A stretch of 63,973 bases of DNA, counting the filler, from Psammoneis japonica (lineage: Eukaryota): the NCBI GenBank assembly GCA_008632985.1. It is 3 parts of 3 records of this genome, joined end to end, with 100 filler letters (N's around TTAATTAATTAA, not from the genome) between each part and the next. Parts side by side here need not be neighbours in the genome. Positions count along the whole stretch, not along the records: positions 22,814 to 45,412 come from QPGO01000438.1; 2 more parts are not named here. One strand, 5' to 3'. The notes under the pieces are model-generated. The model saw nothing but the letters and a program-made list of their open reading frames with translations. It was not told the DNA's origin and ran no database searches. A program made the translations under genes and the position numbers. Positions 23,561-37,200 of this stretch are shown here, piece after piece. The number at the start of each line of letters is the position of its first letter. The stretch's first letter is position 1.

Positions 23561-25360
23561 AAAATGTATTTGTACATCCTCTTGTATCAATCACACTGTA
23601 TTTTTTGTAGTTTAGTTCATTTGGTAGACCGTACATTTGCGTCGTTTGGCTCGTGTCATTGTGTGCTGTTTTTCGCGTTTGTTCCAAAAATCAAAAAAGT
23701 CTGTCTGTCGTGCGATTCCGCTAGTCTATCACGAACCACACATCACACACACACACATCACACATCGGCTCGCGGTCTTGAACAACCATGACGCTATCAA
23801 CAGCACTACGAATCATCATGTAACAACAACAACAACGATGTCATAACGTTTGGAGGATTATCCGCCTCGTGAGTAGAACACATCAACAATGAGAGTTGTT
23901 TTGAACAAACTGTGTTGTTGTTGCATGAGTCGAATGCTGCCGCTTGTGAAAATCATTGACACGCTGCTGCTGCCACGCACGCTACAATATTGTTGTTGTA
24001 CATGTCTACGCACTCTCATACTCATCACTCCTTCTCTTTCACACTCTCTCTCTCTCTCTCTCTTGACTACACGTAATGATTCACTTAAGTGTTGTCAAGA
24101 CACACAAGTCCTTTGAGGGCTTGACTGCAGCTACCGGGGAGCATGCCCACAGAGTATGGAATCAGCAGCAGAGCCGGAACCAGTCAATCAAAAGTCGAAC
24201 AACTGTCTCAGCAAGCACTCATAGGCATGGTGGAGCGAAGGTATTGTACGAGNNNNNNNNNNNNNNNNNNNNNNNNNNNNNNNNNNNNNNNNNNNNNNNN
24301 NNNNNNNNNNNNNNNNNNNNNNNNNNNNNNNNNNNNNNNNNNNNNNNNNNNNNNNNNNNNNNNNNNNNNNNNNNNNNNNNNNNNNNNNNNNNNNNNNNNN
24401 NNNNNNNNNNNNNNNNNNNNNNNNNNNNNNNNNNNNNNNNNNNNNNNNNNNNNNNNNNNNNNNNNNNNNNNNNNNNNNNNNNNNNNNNNNNNNNNNNNNN
24501 NNNNNNNNNNNNNNNNNNNNNNNNNNNNNNNNNNNNNNNNNNNNNNNNNNNNNNNNNNNNNNNNNNNNNNNNNNNNNNNNNNNNNNNNNNNNNNNNNNNN
24601 NNNNNNNNNNNNNNNNNNNNNNNNNNNNNNNNNNNNNNNNNNNNNNNNNNNNNNNNNNNNNNNNNNNNNNNNNNNNNNNNNNNNNNNNNNNNNNNNNNNN
24701 NNNNNNNNNNNNNNNNNNNNNNNNNNNNNNNNNNNNNNNNNNNNNNNNNNNNNNNNNNNNNNNNNNNNNNNNNNNNNNNNNNNNNNNNNNNNNNNNNNNN
24801 NNNNNNNNNNNNNNNNNNNNNNNNNNNNNNNNNNNNNNNNNNNNNNNNNNNNNNNNNNNNNNNNNNNNNNNNNNNNNNNNNNNNCGATGAGGAAATCAAC
24901 ATCCAAACAACCACAACCGAAGGGGGGTGCACGGTGCCGGTACTGCTACTACTACTACTACTGCTACTGCTGTACGAACTATATAACAACAATGACACGG
25001 ATGATTATGACTTTGGAAATGTCGATATCTTTGTTTCGACCATTCCATCGACACCCGTCAATATTAACGATGACAACGACAAGAAGGATGACGAAGAGTA
25101 TTAGTAGTATCAACAATGGCACTAATAACAATGGCGCGGTGGTGGAAATATCATTTCATCCTATGGAGACTTGAAAGCACGATTTGCCGATAAACTCAAC
25201 AAAAAAAAGGGACCGCTTGGCTGCTTGTGGGATGTCTTTGTTCCTCCCTAATACTACTGCGAATAATAAGGACAAGGACAATGAAAACTACAATGACCTT
25301 GGAGATGCCGATAGAGGAAGGGGTTCCTTTGATACCACATGCGTGGCGGAATATAAAAAT

Positions 25361-26268
25361 GTACAATTGCAAGAACGAAACTGAATCCTCGAGACGGTTG
25401 GGAAGCGATGGAGGATGAATTCATGAATCATGAGCGCTGCTCCGACTCGACTGTTGTTGCAAATAATATATTGTCGGCCTATACTGTGCAACCCGTCTGG
25501 AAGACACTCTCTGCTATGGGGTGTTTGTCTTGGAATCGGTAGAGCCTGAACCATGGTCTCTCAAAATTCAAACTCCTGTCTCGGCAAACAATGCAGGCAC
25601 GGTGGAGCAAGCGTACTGGATGCAACGAACGATTCGTGACGTGGTCTTGGAATTTCTGCGCTCTCTTCATTTCGCCAGATGCTTTTTTTGGATTTCCAAG
25701 AAACTCTCTAGACTGACTGCTCTCCACTCTCTAGCTGTAGCTCTAGAGATCCCTACATAAAGAGTAACACGTCCCCAGCTGCTAGTAGAGCCACTCTCTC
25801 ACATGACAGTACAACTTGCAAGAACGAAACTGAATCCTCGAGACGGTTGGGAAGCGATGGAGGATGAATTCATGAATCATGAGCGCTGCTCCGACTCGAC
25901 TGTTGTTGCAAATGATATATTGTCGGCCTATACTCTGCAACCCGTCTGGAAGACACTCTCTGCATTGCTAAGGAGTAGTTGTCTTGGAGTCGGTAGAGGC
26001 TGAACCATGGTCTCTCAAAAATTCAAACTCCTGTCTCGGCAAACAATGCAGGCACGGTGGAGCAAGCGTACTGGATGCAACGAACGATTCGTGACGTGGT
26101 CTTGGAATTTCTGCGCTCTCTTCATTTCGCCAGATGCTTTTTTTGGATTTCCAAGAAACTCTCTAGACTGACTGCTCTCCACTCTCTAGCTGTAGCTCTA
26201 GAGATCCCTACATAAAGAGTAACACGTCCCCAGCTGCCAGTAGAGCCACTCTCTTGCACGACAGTACA
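25361..26268. repeat. Near-identical tandem duplication, ~450-bp unit x2 (also at ~40462-41380)
   Basis: TTGCAAGAACGAAACTGAATCCTCGAGACGG recurs at ~25367 and ~25816. Normal TpA content; looks like a duplicated gene fragment. Confidence 0.9.
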
Positions 26269-26678
26269 ATAGAGAGAGAGAGTGCTTTGGATTTTAAGAG
26301 AGATAATAGAGGACGCACACAGCATGCTATGCTAGCTAGCTGCTTTCCGTCCCAGCTTCGTGGCACCACGTGTAAAAATTAACCCCCCATTTTTAACCAA
26401 ATGCCCACCTCGATCGACTGGCAGTAACCAGATACGAAGTTCAGCACACTTTTGGGGGCCTAGAGAATGGGGGTGAACGTTAGTTACTAACTAACCAATC
26501 ACTGAATGCTGACTTTGCACTTGCCCGTGTGACAAAGGTGCACCACGAAAAGTTAGTTTTATTTTGAAATACCGAGATACCATGAACAACACATGCCCAT
26601 TGCATTCTTGCAAGACATTGTTTTTTAAAGACTGGGAGACCGATGATGCTCATGTCTTGTGCACTTTGTAGCTCTGCT

Positions 26679-27650
26679 CTAGCTAGCTGGGGTCAAAGTC
26701 CAACTGTTTTTTTGGATCAACGATTCGATTCGAATGGGTCGAATTTCATTCCCGAGTCGTCGTGACTCGTTCATACGGTGCGTGTCTAGTGTTTTCCAAT
26801 CAACCAGTTCATGCTTGTACCAGTCCGGGAATCCGTCATGTTGATGGGTGAAGTGGATTTCGCTGTCGCCATGAAACCTGCATGCGGCAACCGCGGCATT
26901 CATGCCGGTTCCGCATCGCTTCCAGTCGCGGTGCCGCCACATGCCTGCAACTCTTTTTTTGTGGGAGCCTTGTTTGCCTGTAAAGCGCTGCTCAATCAGA
27001 GCTGTCATTGGACGTGCAACCGATTCGTTTGGGTTGCCGGGGCCGTGTGTGTCGTCACAGTGAATGTCCGCATACCGCGCAAGTCGGAGCTGATCGCCTC
27101 GCATCATGGTCTGGCTGCAGCTGGTCCGTGCCACCGCCAAGTTCTTCCAAGCTGCAGACTGAACAACGCAGTTCAAAATTTTGTCCTCAGCAATGCGAGA
27201 TAGAGCATCCGCAGGCAGCTTGTCGTGAGCTGATGCAAACTCAGTGAGCAAATTTTGGGTGCATCGCTCCTTGTGTGCCACCAGAGCGACGTCAACTGCC
27301 TCTGATCTCACAACGAATTTTGGATTGGGAGGTTTGTGCTCCTCCCAAGATGAACAATGCTGCAGTGACCAAATGACATGCTTGGCCGACTTTGGCGTGA
27401 CGTCTCTTTTTGACACTTTCCAAGAAGTGCCGGTCGACCTGGTCTGCGTCAAGTGAGGCGGCCCCGACAGAGCCGGCGATTCGTCCACCCATCTTTTGCA
27501 TGCACTCCACTCAGTGACAAAGTGCCATCCACCTTGGGTGGTGTGATGGTTTGGGCCAACAAGTCTCCCATGGAGACTAGAGACACCATCGTGTGGGTCT
27601 CTTCTTTGCATTGTGACAGCCTCGAGGGATCGTTTTTGGGGTGCACCCAC
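26679..27650 (-). mobile_element. Crypton-like tyrosine-recombinase (Ndc10 domain II-like) transposon relic, copy 1
   Basis: Motifs MMRGDQLR..YAD, TGKQ and GMWRHRDWKRCG..AA..CRF resemble the RG..R / GK / RH.D..C pattern of Crypton/Ndc10-type recombinases. Flanking TpA-depleted zone ~26600-29340. Confidence 0.65.
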
Positions 27651-29441
27651 CTCACTGTCAAAAGAAAAGAGGTTTTTGAAATCAAACGCTCACTTGTGGC
27701 GGTCGACAAGTGGAGTCGTTTCGAAACATGTTGACATTCGAGTGGGAAGAAAGAACATTTCGACAAGTGGATTTTGTGTCATGCCCTGTTCTGAAGGTTC
27801 TTGTCTTCACCAACCACAGGCCTGTCCGGGGTCCGGGAACCGGTTCCAGGGGTGGTTCCGGCGCCGGCCTCCTGCGGGCAGGAACTGCTGAGGACTCCCC
27901 CCGGATGGCTCGGTCAACCCGTGATGTCAGGGGAAAGCGTGCCCCCCAATCAGCGGTGGTTGTTCCTGCCAACCGAGGTCGCGCGACCCACCACTCGAGA
28001 CTTGTGACTCAAAGTCACGAGCGCTCGTGCCATTGAGACGACTCTCTCTCTCTCTCTCTCTCTAGAGTGGCCAGTGGCCTGCTCTCGCTCTCTCTGGAGG
28101 CAGAGCCAAAGCAGAGAACAGAGAGCAGGTCCAGAGAGCAGAGGCCACTGCTGTTGTTGCCATGGTGACTGCTGTTGCCATCTCTGCTGCTGTTGTGGCT
28201 CTGCCTCCTCTGCCAGTTTGCTGCTCTGTCATTGCACGAGCACTCACGAGCCATCGCATCCATGCCAAGCTCATCTCATCACTGTGTTGCATTGGTGACC
28301 ACTCATTGCAGCTTTTCAAAGGCCACACTTGACAAAAACCAGAGCTGTGCACTTTGTGAAGAAATGCTGCAGATGTTTGGTTGGCCAGCTGCAGATCCGC
28401 AGCACACCAATGTGAAACATGATGCTGGTCAATTTCGGTTGACCCAGAGTTTTCAAACAAGCTGCCCATCACTTTTTTTTGCCTGGCTGCCCCCAACTCT
28501 GACTTTTCATTTTTGAGTCTCACTGCTGCTGGGTTTGTTTTGCACGTGGCTCCTTCAGTGTTTGCCAGTGCTTTGTCAAATCTTTCATGCCAGCCCTTGT
28601 TGGTGAGTTTCCTGCTTGAGCCTGGTTGGAGATCCGGGATTCCAGGAAACACAGCCTTGTGCACTTGCAGCAAAATGTCCAAATCTTGATTTGTTGTGCC
28701 ATTTGCACATGCCTTCCAAGCAGTGTCACATCATCCACCCACGACTTCTTTGTTCTTGAATCTCAACCCACAAATTTGCCAGCATGTCTTGTTCTCTGAT
28801 TTTTCACTTCAGCACAGCTCTCTCCAACTCAAAACACTTTGCTGAGCACATCACAGTTGCTCTGTTGGAAGTCTCAAAAGGTCCCCTGGTGCCAAACTGG
28901 TGCAGCATCTCTTGCTTGGGCAATGGCAGCCCAGAGCTGGTCTTCAGCCATCTCATCACACTCGGTCACCACTGCAAGTCCAATCTCTTTGGCCAAAACT
29001 TTCTCTTGCACCACCACCTTTTTGCACTTCAACACAGTGGGTGCCAGAAATCTGGCTGCTGGCGGGTGGTGTCGCGACAAAGCAAAAGGCATGCTCCAAT
29101 GTTTTGTGCACAGAGCTTCTGTTGTGATGGTCCAAAAAATGACAAATGTTCAGACACCCATGACACCCTGTCAATGTCATCGTCAGCTCCCGCGGGTTTT
29201 TGACAAGTTCTCCGTGCAGTGTCAGTTGTCACTGCGGTGATGGTCTGTGCGCTAATCCGGAGCACATCACTGCCATGCCAATTTCGAATGATTGCGGTTG
29301 ATGATTCGTTCGATTCGAGTCCGGGTTCTGAGCTCACCGATCATGGATTTACCGCACTGGATGGAGCCGCGGCCGTCGCAAAACAACACCATGATGCCTC
29401 TTTACCTCTCTTGTTGATACTACTGTAATTGCATTGTCATC

Positions 29442-32016
29442 ATGGCTTCGTGGTATACAGAAACAACAATATTGTCGTCGCTGTTGTCTGCTGCTTACGT
29501 CATAACAACACCGATGCCGTTCAAGCATACCGGTCAAGCCCGGAAGCTTTTTCCAATTTCTAACCTATCTCTACGCGGAACGCAAGTTTATTCTTGTCAT
29601 CTTGATTCACTTTGTTTGTACCATGGTAATTTGGGGTGAGTAGAGTATATTGTATGATTGAGTTGTGTGTGTGTGTGTGTGTGATTTGCTATACTCATCT
29701 CAAACATACCGCCGCACCTCTATACCGTACTCCCTAACATAATACTACAGCACACTTCTTTGTGGTCAAGTTTCATCAACAAGAAAACAAAGTACCCGAG
29801 GACGCAAATCGATATTGGTGGAAACGTCTCGCTCCGCCACTCGAGTTTGGAGCCATGCATGCCATTTTGTTTCAAATGGCATTCCTACCGCTCACCATGG
29901 CTCGGCTCTCCATTGCGGCAGCCTCCAAAACATCTCTCAATACGTACTTTCCCTTCAACAAGAGTCAGCGCATTCATATTCATTTGGGATACGTCTTTGG
30001 GAGCATTGTTGTGATTGCCACGATTTTCTTTTTTGCCTTTTTTGGATTGCTTTGTTCCGATGGCGAACAAGCGTTTTGTGACAAGTTTACGTCGGAAATC
30101 ATGATTACGGGGTACATTACCGTGGCCTTTGTCTTGATTATCCTCTCTACATCATTCTTTCGAGATTACATGCCATACGAAGTCTTTTATGGCATTCATC
30201 ATTTGGTATTTGCCATGTACCTGGTGGTCTTGTTGCATACGATCGATATCAACGTTCGAAAGGACGGACAGAATCGGAGTCAAACCTTCAAGTGGTTTTC
30301 GGCGACACTCTTGTACTACGTTTCGGACCGCCTTGCCATGCGGCTTAATCATCGCTACAAGACGCGTGTCTTCAAGCCAAAATTGTCAAGAATACAAAGT
30401 CGAGTATGATTTTGCTACAGCTCAGACGTCCGTCCTTGTTTCAATACGAACCGGGTCAGTACGCGCATCTTCGGTTTCCCGACATTGATTCGTATTGGCA
30501 TCCCTTTTCGATTGGAAGCAGTCCGGATTCCAACGTGTTGGAGTTTTATATTGAAGTCTATGACGACAAATCGTGGACGGGAAAACTCTGTCAATTGTTG
30601 GGTAATGACGTTAGCCACGAGAATGTTCGTGTTCAAGTCACGGGCCCGTACGGAACACGCTTGGGTGATACTCATCGATACTCTCATGCCATGGCTATTG
30701 GCAGTGGTTCTGGTGTCGTTCCCATTTTGGGACTCTACAAAAAGCACATTTGTCAGCTACTCCGATTGGACCCACAAACATACTTTGAAGAACAAGCTCA
30801 AATGCATTCGCAACTCAAGCGTATGGAACGAGCGCGAGAACAAACACGTGGATCGTGGCTCAACTACTTTTTGCGGTGTTCACCTCAACCGACCCGACAC
30901 GAAATGGGCGTCATTTCGGGAATCTTTGATTCGAGCGATGCCGAAACCAAGGACTTGCGAGAGGCGGCCAAGCGTGCGTCTTTACCGATTTATGGCGTCA
31001 ATATATTGATGCAACTGGTTGTCTTGGGAGTAATCATGTTGGGATTGACCTTGTCGTGGAATACCATGCCGTTTGAACTCTACGACGGCATGCGAGAAGT
31101 GTTGATTGTTGGCTCGATTGTGTTTCAAGGCGCCTTTGCCGTTGTGTCGATTGGATACTGGGACCGCGGCTCGTTGCTGGCGTATGTTGATGTTTTGATT
31201 GTCATTGCTGGTGCCGTGGCCAATTGGTATTGGTTTGAGTACGACAAGTGGGCCAACTTTGAAGCGGCAGAGCATGTGTATTACATCTTGTTGTTTGGAT
31301 ACATGACGGCGCGGTTGTGGCATTCGGCCGTCAAGCCACGATACTGTTCATTGCGGAGCAGCTTGGAACGACAACACACGAGTTCAGCATTGGACAAGCT
31401 GCACTTTGTTTGGATTACGCGTTCATCCACCAACGTTTTGAAGATTGCACCCACAATCATGCAAGAATGGAATGCGCTTGTTGCGGCGTGGGGATTGGAG
31501 AATGCCGTCAAGGTGTGTCAGGTTTCTATTTACGTTACCGACAAGGACAAGGCCGCCGTGGGCTATCTCAAGCAGGAGTTGTCCAAGACGCCCCTTTACA
31601 AGCAAGGTGCATTCCATTATGAGCGTCCTGACATTTCCAAATTGTTGGAAGAGCATGCCATGGAACGCATTTATGATGAGAGTCGTCCCACCTCGTCTAC
31701 CCTCTTGTGCTTTTGCGGATCTCCCAAGCTATCATCAGTGATAAGCAAAGCCAAGACCATTGTGGATATATCAACAATGATTACGGGAAACAAGTACCAC
31801 CAAATGGATTTCGTTTCCGAGAGTTACAGTGCCTACACGAAGCGTCCGTCGTCGTCGAACAATAGCAACGCGGTAGTTGTCGCTGCCTCGGCAAAGACGC
31901 CACAGTACAGTGTCTTTATGGATTCACCCAGCTTTATGGAGAAGCAACATTCGGGAGATGAATTGGATACGACGGATACCTTTGAAGACAATGAGGACCA
32001 CCTTATTTCCATTTGA
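29442..32016 (+). CDS. NADPH oxidase / ferric reductase superfamily protein (algal NOX/RBOH-like); start approximate
   Basis: Exon ending YLYAERKFILVILIHFVCTMVIW, then intron 29636-29750 (GTGAGT..TACAG). Haem-ligand His in TM helices (HIHLG, HHL..H), FAD motif WHPFSI, NADPH motifs GPYG, GSGSGVVP, FVW, CFCGS. Apparent 1-nt frameshifts near 29524 and 30372. Confidence 0.85.
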
Positions 32017-32299
32017 GACTACAGAGGATCGTGGACGGCACGCAACTTTAGAATTGTTTTAGTTTACCTTGCGCATTTATAATTTATAACTACCTCAGCA
32101 TACATTGATTGTCTTCAGCCTGTGATTCATAACTACCCCAGCATGCATTGATCGATTTCAGCTTTTGTGTGTTAGTCTTTTCAATTGAGAACTAGATGCA
32201 TTTACAATGCCTCCAGTTCCATTTGAGATGTGCATCTGGCTTTTAGAGGCACATGCTGGGAAGCCATTTTGCTTCATTTTTCCTTGAGCAACTTCCACA

Positions 32300-33150
32300 A
32301 GAAGCTCGAAAATGCCCAACCTGGCCTGATTGCGAAACTTCTGCGTGCAGCCAAGATGGAAGACTGCAATGGATCTCCAACTCCTGCCCTTCCCATCTCT
32401 GTTGGCAGTGACACAGAAGGCCCACCATTCGATGAACCTTGTGACTGCCGATCTGTGGTTGGCATGTTGATGCATCCAGTGCCCAACAGCTGTCTGGACA
32501 TCATCTGCACTGCCCATCAATTTGCTTGGTTCTCCTGTGCTCCAAAAGCCTCCCATGCCATTGCTGTCCAATGCATTCTTTGACACTTGAAGGACACGAC
32601 TGACAAAGGGCTCATCCCAGCCCCAACCATGGATCAACGACTTGATTGTCATGTTGATGCCAATTTTGTGGGTCTCTTCCATGTTGAGGATGATCAGGTT
32701 CCTGCTTCTGTTAAGTCTCGCACAGGATGTCCAAGCTGCAGCGGCCCCTCATGGTTTTGTCTCTGCTGTTGGAGGCAGAGAATGTTTCTCTCCCAATCAA
32801 TGCATGGCCTCATTCCCCTTTGTGAGATCTTGAAGGAAATCAATGCACATGCTTTTGGTCAGCTGGACAGGAAGAATGGCATCACCACACATGCCAAGGC
32901 TTTCCAACCCACCAACGATGGAACCAATTCACCCCCATTGCCTCTGCCAGCATCAGCTTGCTCACACGCCAAAACTGTCCCCACAAACCAAGCACACCAT
33001 CGTGCCTTGTCACCAGTTTTGTGCTGAAGTTGAGGCTTTGGAGATCAAGATTGAGCCTGTCAGCTCTGCTGCACAGCTTGCTGACCAGTTTGCTGGGGGT
33101 TTGACTGCTGCTGATCTGTTCTGCACTTTTGTGGGGCCCTCATGGGCTGG
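32300..33150 (+). pseudogene. Ty1/Copia RT-RNase H remnant
   Basis: CRSVVGMLMH (canonical YRS.VG.L.Y), PKASH..AV, HLKDT.DKGL, LDCHVDA (canonical YVDA), SRTG, TKH...CH, QLADQF. Confidence 0.85.
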
Positions 33151-34271
33151 CGACTGTTTGTCCTGCTTCTCTTGATTTTGCAGGCAGGCTGGGAGAAAAT
33201 GAGTCAATTTGCTGCTGTTCTGTTGCTTTCCCCAAACAACAATGGCAAGTCTGCCACCCGTGGCAGAATGTGCAATCAAGGAATTGCTGCGGCAACATGA
33301 AGAAAACGCAGCAAGCCACCAAGGAAGAAGAGTGTCCGTCAACGGCTGTTTTGGAGGTCCTGCTTCACTTGAGCTGCACCAATGTAAAAGTGATGCAGGC
33401 TTCACACTTTTTCATCTTGCAGTCTTCTTTGCAAACATCCTTTTGAAATGCCTGGCACCACGTGCAAAGCTTTTGGGTCCATCAGGAATGAACCGCTCTC
33501 ACAGCTCTTTTTGTGCTCGATCGACGACAATGGGGCGAACAACCCAAGGTCCAAATTGTCATGGGTCTTTTTGGCAAATGCAAATGACTGTGCACCGGAG
33601 TGGAGTGGCTTTCCATGAGACAACAAACGCCAACGTTGGAAAACAGGGTGGGTCTTTTTTCAACAATGGCAGACTTGACAACATGCATTGATTGACCAAG
33701 GTGGCAAAACACGCCACGTGTGCACCAACAACAGCATCATCATTTCTGCTCGACAACAACAGGGGATGATTTCGATTGGTGTTGTTGGTTTGGTTGTTGA
33801 TGTTGAAGTGAAGTGCGGCATTGGCGGCCTCTCTTTTTGGCACGCACCGGCCGGCTGGCACGCACCGGTGTGACTGCACCTATGTGGGTGACAGACGGAC
33901 GGACCAACCGGATGGCCACATAGTACGCCCGCCTAAAACCAACATGCGTGCAGCGCAACGCTTGAACCGCACGATCGTTCATCGCGGGAATAAGCATGCA
34001 AGCAGTTGGAAGTTGAAGTTATTGGTTATTGTTCTGTTGTTCTTCTGTTATCCCATTGCTTCATTTAATTCGTTCCTGCCCTTGTCTCACGGGCAAGCGT
34101 CGCTGTTCTACAGCATAATCGATCTCGCCTTGTTGCCATTGTGTTGGTGCCTGTCTCCTTTGCAGTTGCGTTTCTGCTGAGCAGAGGAACCACCTCTTGT
34201 CTCGCGTCTCACCGATCCGGACTCCGCAATTTTGATTCTGCATCTCGCAGAAAGACACAAAAACAGCAGAC

Positions 34272-37200
34272 ATGCTTGGTGACATCATCGCCGGCATAGA
34301 AGCGGCTTTCAACTTGTGCGCCGTGATTTACAAGAGCTATGAAACGGTAAAGATCATGCCGGATTTGGCCAAGACCCTCAAGGACCGCGTACAAATATTC
34401 AAACCGCGACTCGAGAAACTCGTTAGGGAATGCCAGGCATCAGGCACATCACAGAAGGTAATTCCGCTTTTGCATATTCAAAGCTTGAACACGGTGTTGG
34501 GTGACATTCAAAAGTACATGAAGAAGCTTCAGGATGACTCTAAACTACGAAAGTTGAAGAATCGGGTGTTTTATCAGAGTCTCCTGGATGAATATGAAGA
34601 GCTCAACACCAAGCTCAATCGTTGTCGGGATGATCTTAAATTTGACTTTGAGTTTGATGTCGATGCCGAGAGAAAAGCGTTTGAGAATGAAACGAAAGGT
34701 CTCCTACAGTGTCTTATTGATCATCAGGGTCAAGAGCACCGTATTCTGCGCGAGATGCTTTCTGAAGTCCTCAGGTTCATCAAGGGTCACAAAGCGCTAA
34801 ATCTCAATGAACAAAACAGTCCTGCTATTGTGACCGCTTCTGCATTTATGGACAATAGTGACTCTGCAACTCTACGAGCTATCATTGATGAGCAGAGTGC
34901 CATTGAATATGAACTCCCGCCATCGGAGGTCGTTTTAGAAGATATCGAGCTTGGAGCAGGCACCTTTGGTGTCGTATACAAGGCAACATACAATAATCAA
35001 GATGTTGCCATCAAGAAGCCTCATCGTCGAGAATCGGATGTTTTGGCGGAACTCATGAACCAAGAAAGATGCAGCGGCTCGCCTTTTGTTGCCCTTATAC
35101 ACGGCTTTGTTTATGTCAATGAGATTCGGTCTATTGTTATGGAGTTCATGCCATGTGGTACTCTAGGAGGTCTACTACGCCACGCAATGGGAAGGGATGG
35201 GATTGTGTCCATCAGCAAGGACCAGCAAAGTCTCGAGGCCACACTAGCTGCGTACACAGTAATTCAGCTCTTTCACAAGGTTAGTGAGGGAATGCGATTC
35301 ATCAGTCAACGTAATGTGATACACCGCGACCTCAAGCCGGAGAATATTCTTCTAAGTCAAACTCTTGACCCCAAGATTGGGGATTTTGGGTCTGCTCGAG
35401 AGCTCGCAAACAGCGCGACTCACCTTTCGGGATCCGCTGCTGGATCTGTATACTATATGGCTCCGGAAGTATTGACGGTCCTTAAAGCTGACAAAGGACA
35501 ATACTCCTATCCTGCCGACCAGTACAGTTTTGGAATGATCATGGTTAAATGCTGCCATGGTCTGTTTGGTCAGCAGTCTCGTGTGGACCGGCACGACGAG
35601 GACGCGCCTCTTCCAGAGATTCCTCTTCCTGATGCGTTCCCTTCTTCGGTAACAGATATCAAGAACAATTGCATTGCTTCAGACCCATTGATGCGCTATG
35701 GTCGTGGCACCGCTTCAGAATCACTTCTATCAGAAGCGTTCGAGAAGGTACTGCAGCAATTGGATAGCTCTGTCTCTTATCCAAAGATTGATGGGTATTA
35801 TGGTGACGACGTTGCAGAGGTGGCAAATATTGCTCGGATCGCTTTTGAGAGTAAGACGCATCGTGGGGTATCTGGCATTATAACTTCGTCCTCATCGCTG
35901 ATCCCAACACCCGGCATGGAGAAGAAGCCATTGAAGGACGGAGAGCCGAGCTACTCCACCGCGTCCTTGTCACATTCGTCTACATCCGCGAAAGAACCGG
36001 TTCCTCGTGCAAGGAAGGAGAAGAAAAAGAAGAAACCGACTGCTGATCTCCGAGTTCAAAAAGAGCAAAGTGCATCGTCTCGCAGAAAAAAGCGTCCTGA
36101 TCTCCGAGTTCAAAAAGAGCAAAGTGCATCGTCTCGCAGGAAAAAGCGTCCAACTCGTTCCGGCAGCTCGAAAGAAAAAGGACAACCAGCGCAAACTGGA
36201 TCATCAGCAATTGCTTCAAGTGGTCACAATGACAGTGCTGAAAGAGAACGGGGCGTTAAGGACGAGACGCAAAATACAAGCGAATATCATAGCCGCACCA
36301 GTCGGGAGAGGTCCGTCAACAGCACAGCCACAGCAAGCCTTGCGCTATCGGCTGCCGCGTATGTCGCGCCAGATGCTTTCACAGTGACGTCTGGAGACCA
36401 AGCTGCACAACCCGAAGAACCGGACAGAGATGACCGCGTCACAGTTACTTCAGATTCCAACAAAGTGATGGAGATGGATCCAGCACAAGTCGTAGAGGCG
36501 GTTCCTGCTACTTCTGATGGTGGTGGTGGCGGACAGAATGAGAAAGCAAATGACACAACGCGAATTAGTGACGAGGATGAGAATGCTGAAGATGAGCTTC
36601 ATCGCAAGTACCTTCGCAAACGATTCATTATTCCGGGCGTTGTATTGTTGGCGATTGCAGCGATTGTCAGTATTGTTGTTTGCAGTAAAGCCGTGGGACA
36701 CAGGTGGTGGAGGGAGCCCCACTTTCCCCCCTACTGTTTCCCCTACTGTTGCACCCGCCACAGAGACTACCGAACGAGCCACCGGTTTGGTCATGAGTTT
36801 GATTGGTATTGATACCGAGTTTGATGAAAATGATTCCGAGTTGTGGGCTACGGCAACCAAAGCATTCGTCGAGGATTATTACAACACTCGTCGTCGTCGT
36901 CGTGGCCTTGGCTATCTCCAGACCCCTCGTATATTACAAGTATCGAATATACAGAATGTCGAGACGTCTTTGGATGTTACTAACACCATTGTGGTTGAAG
37001 ATGGCAATGGTGGAGAACCACCCTTCGAGTCACATACAACCAAGCTATCACGTATACTTTTGAAGACAGCAGCAACGAAAACATTTCCATGGATGCCATG
37101 GTGACCGAACCATTCAAGACGTCTGATAGTCGATCGGCCTACCAAAAAGACCTCCAGGCGGCGGGCACCAGTGCTGGAAGCAACATTTTTGACAATTTGA

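Noticed and set aside
24076..25174. Long ORFs spanning N gaps (also 37.6-38.9, 50.6-51.1, 53.7-54.6, 61.6-62.5 kb)
   Set aside because: Artefacts of translating N; only flanking real sequence was used.
36608..36685. Intron explaining the frame change after the kinase TM (TTGCAG acceptor-like)
   Set aside because: The candidate GT..AG intron is 78 nt, does not change frame, and would delete the TM helix.
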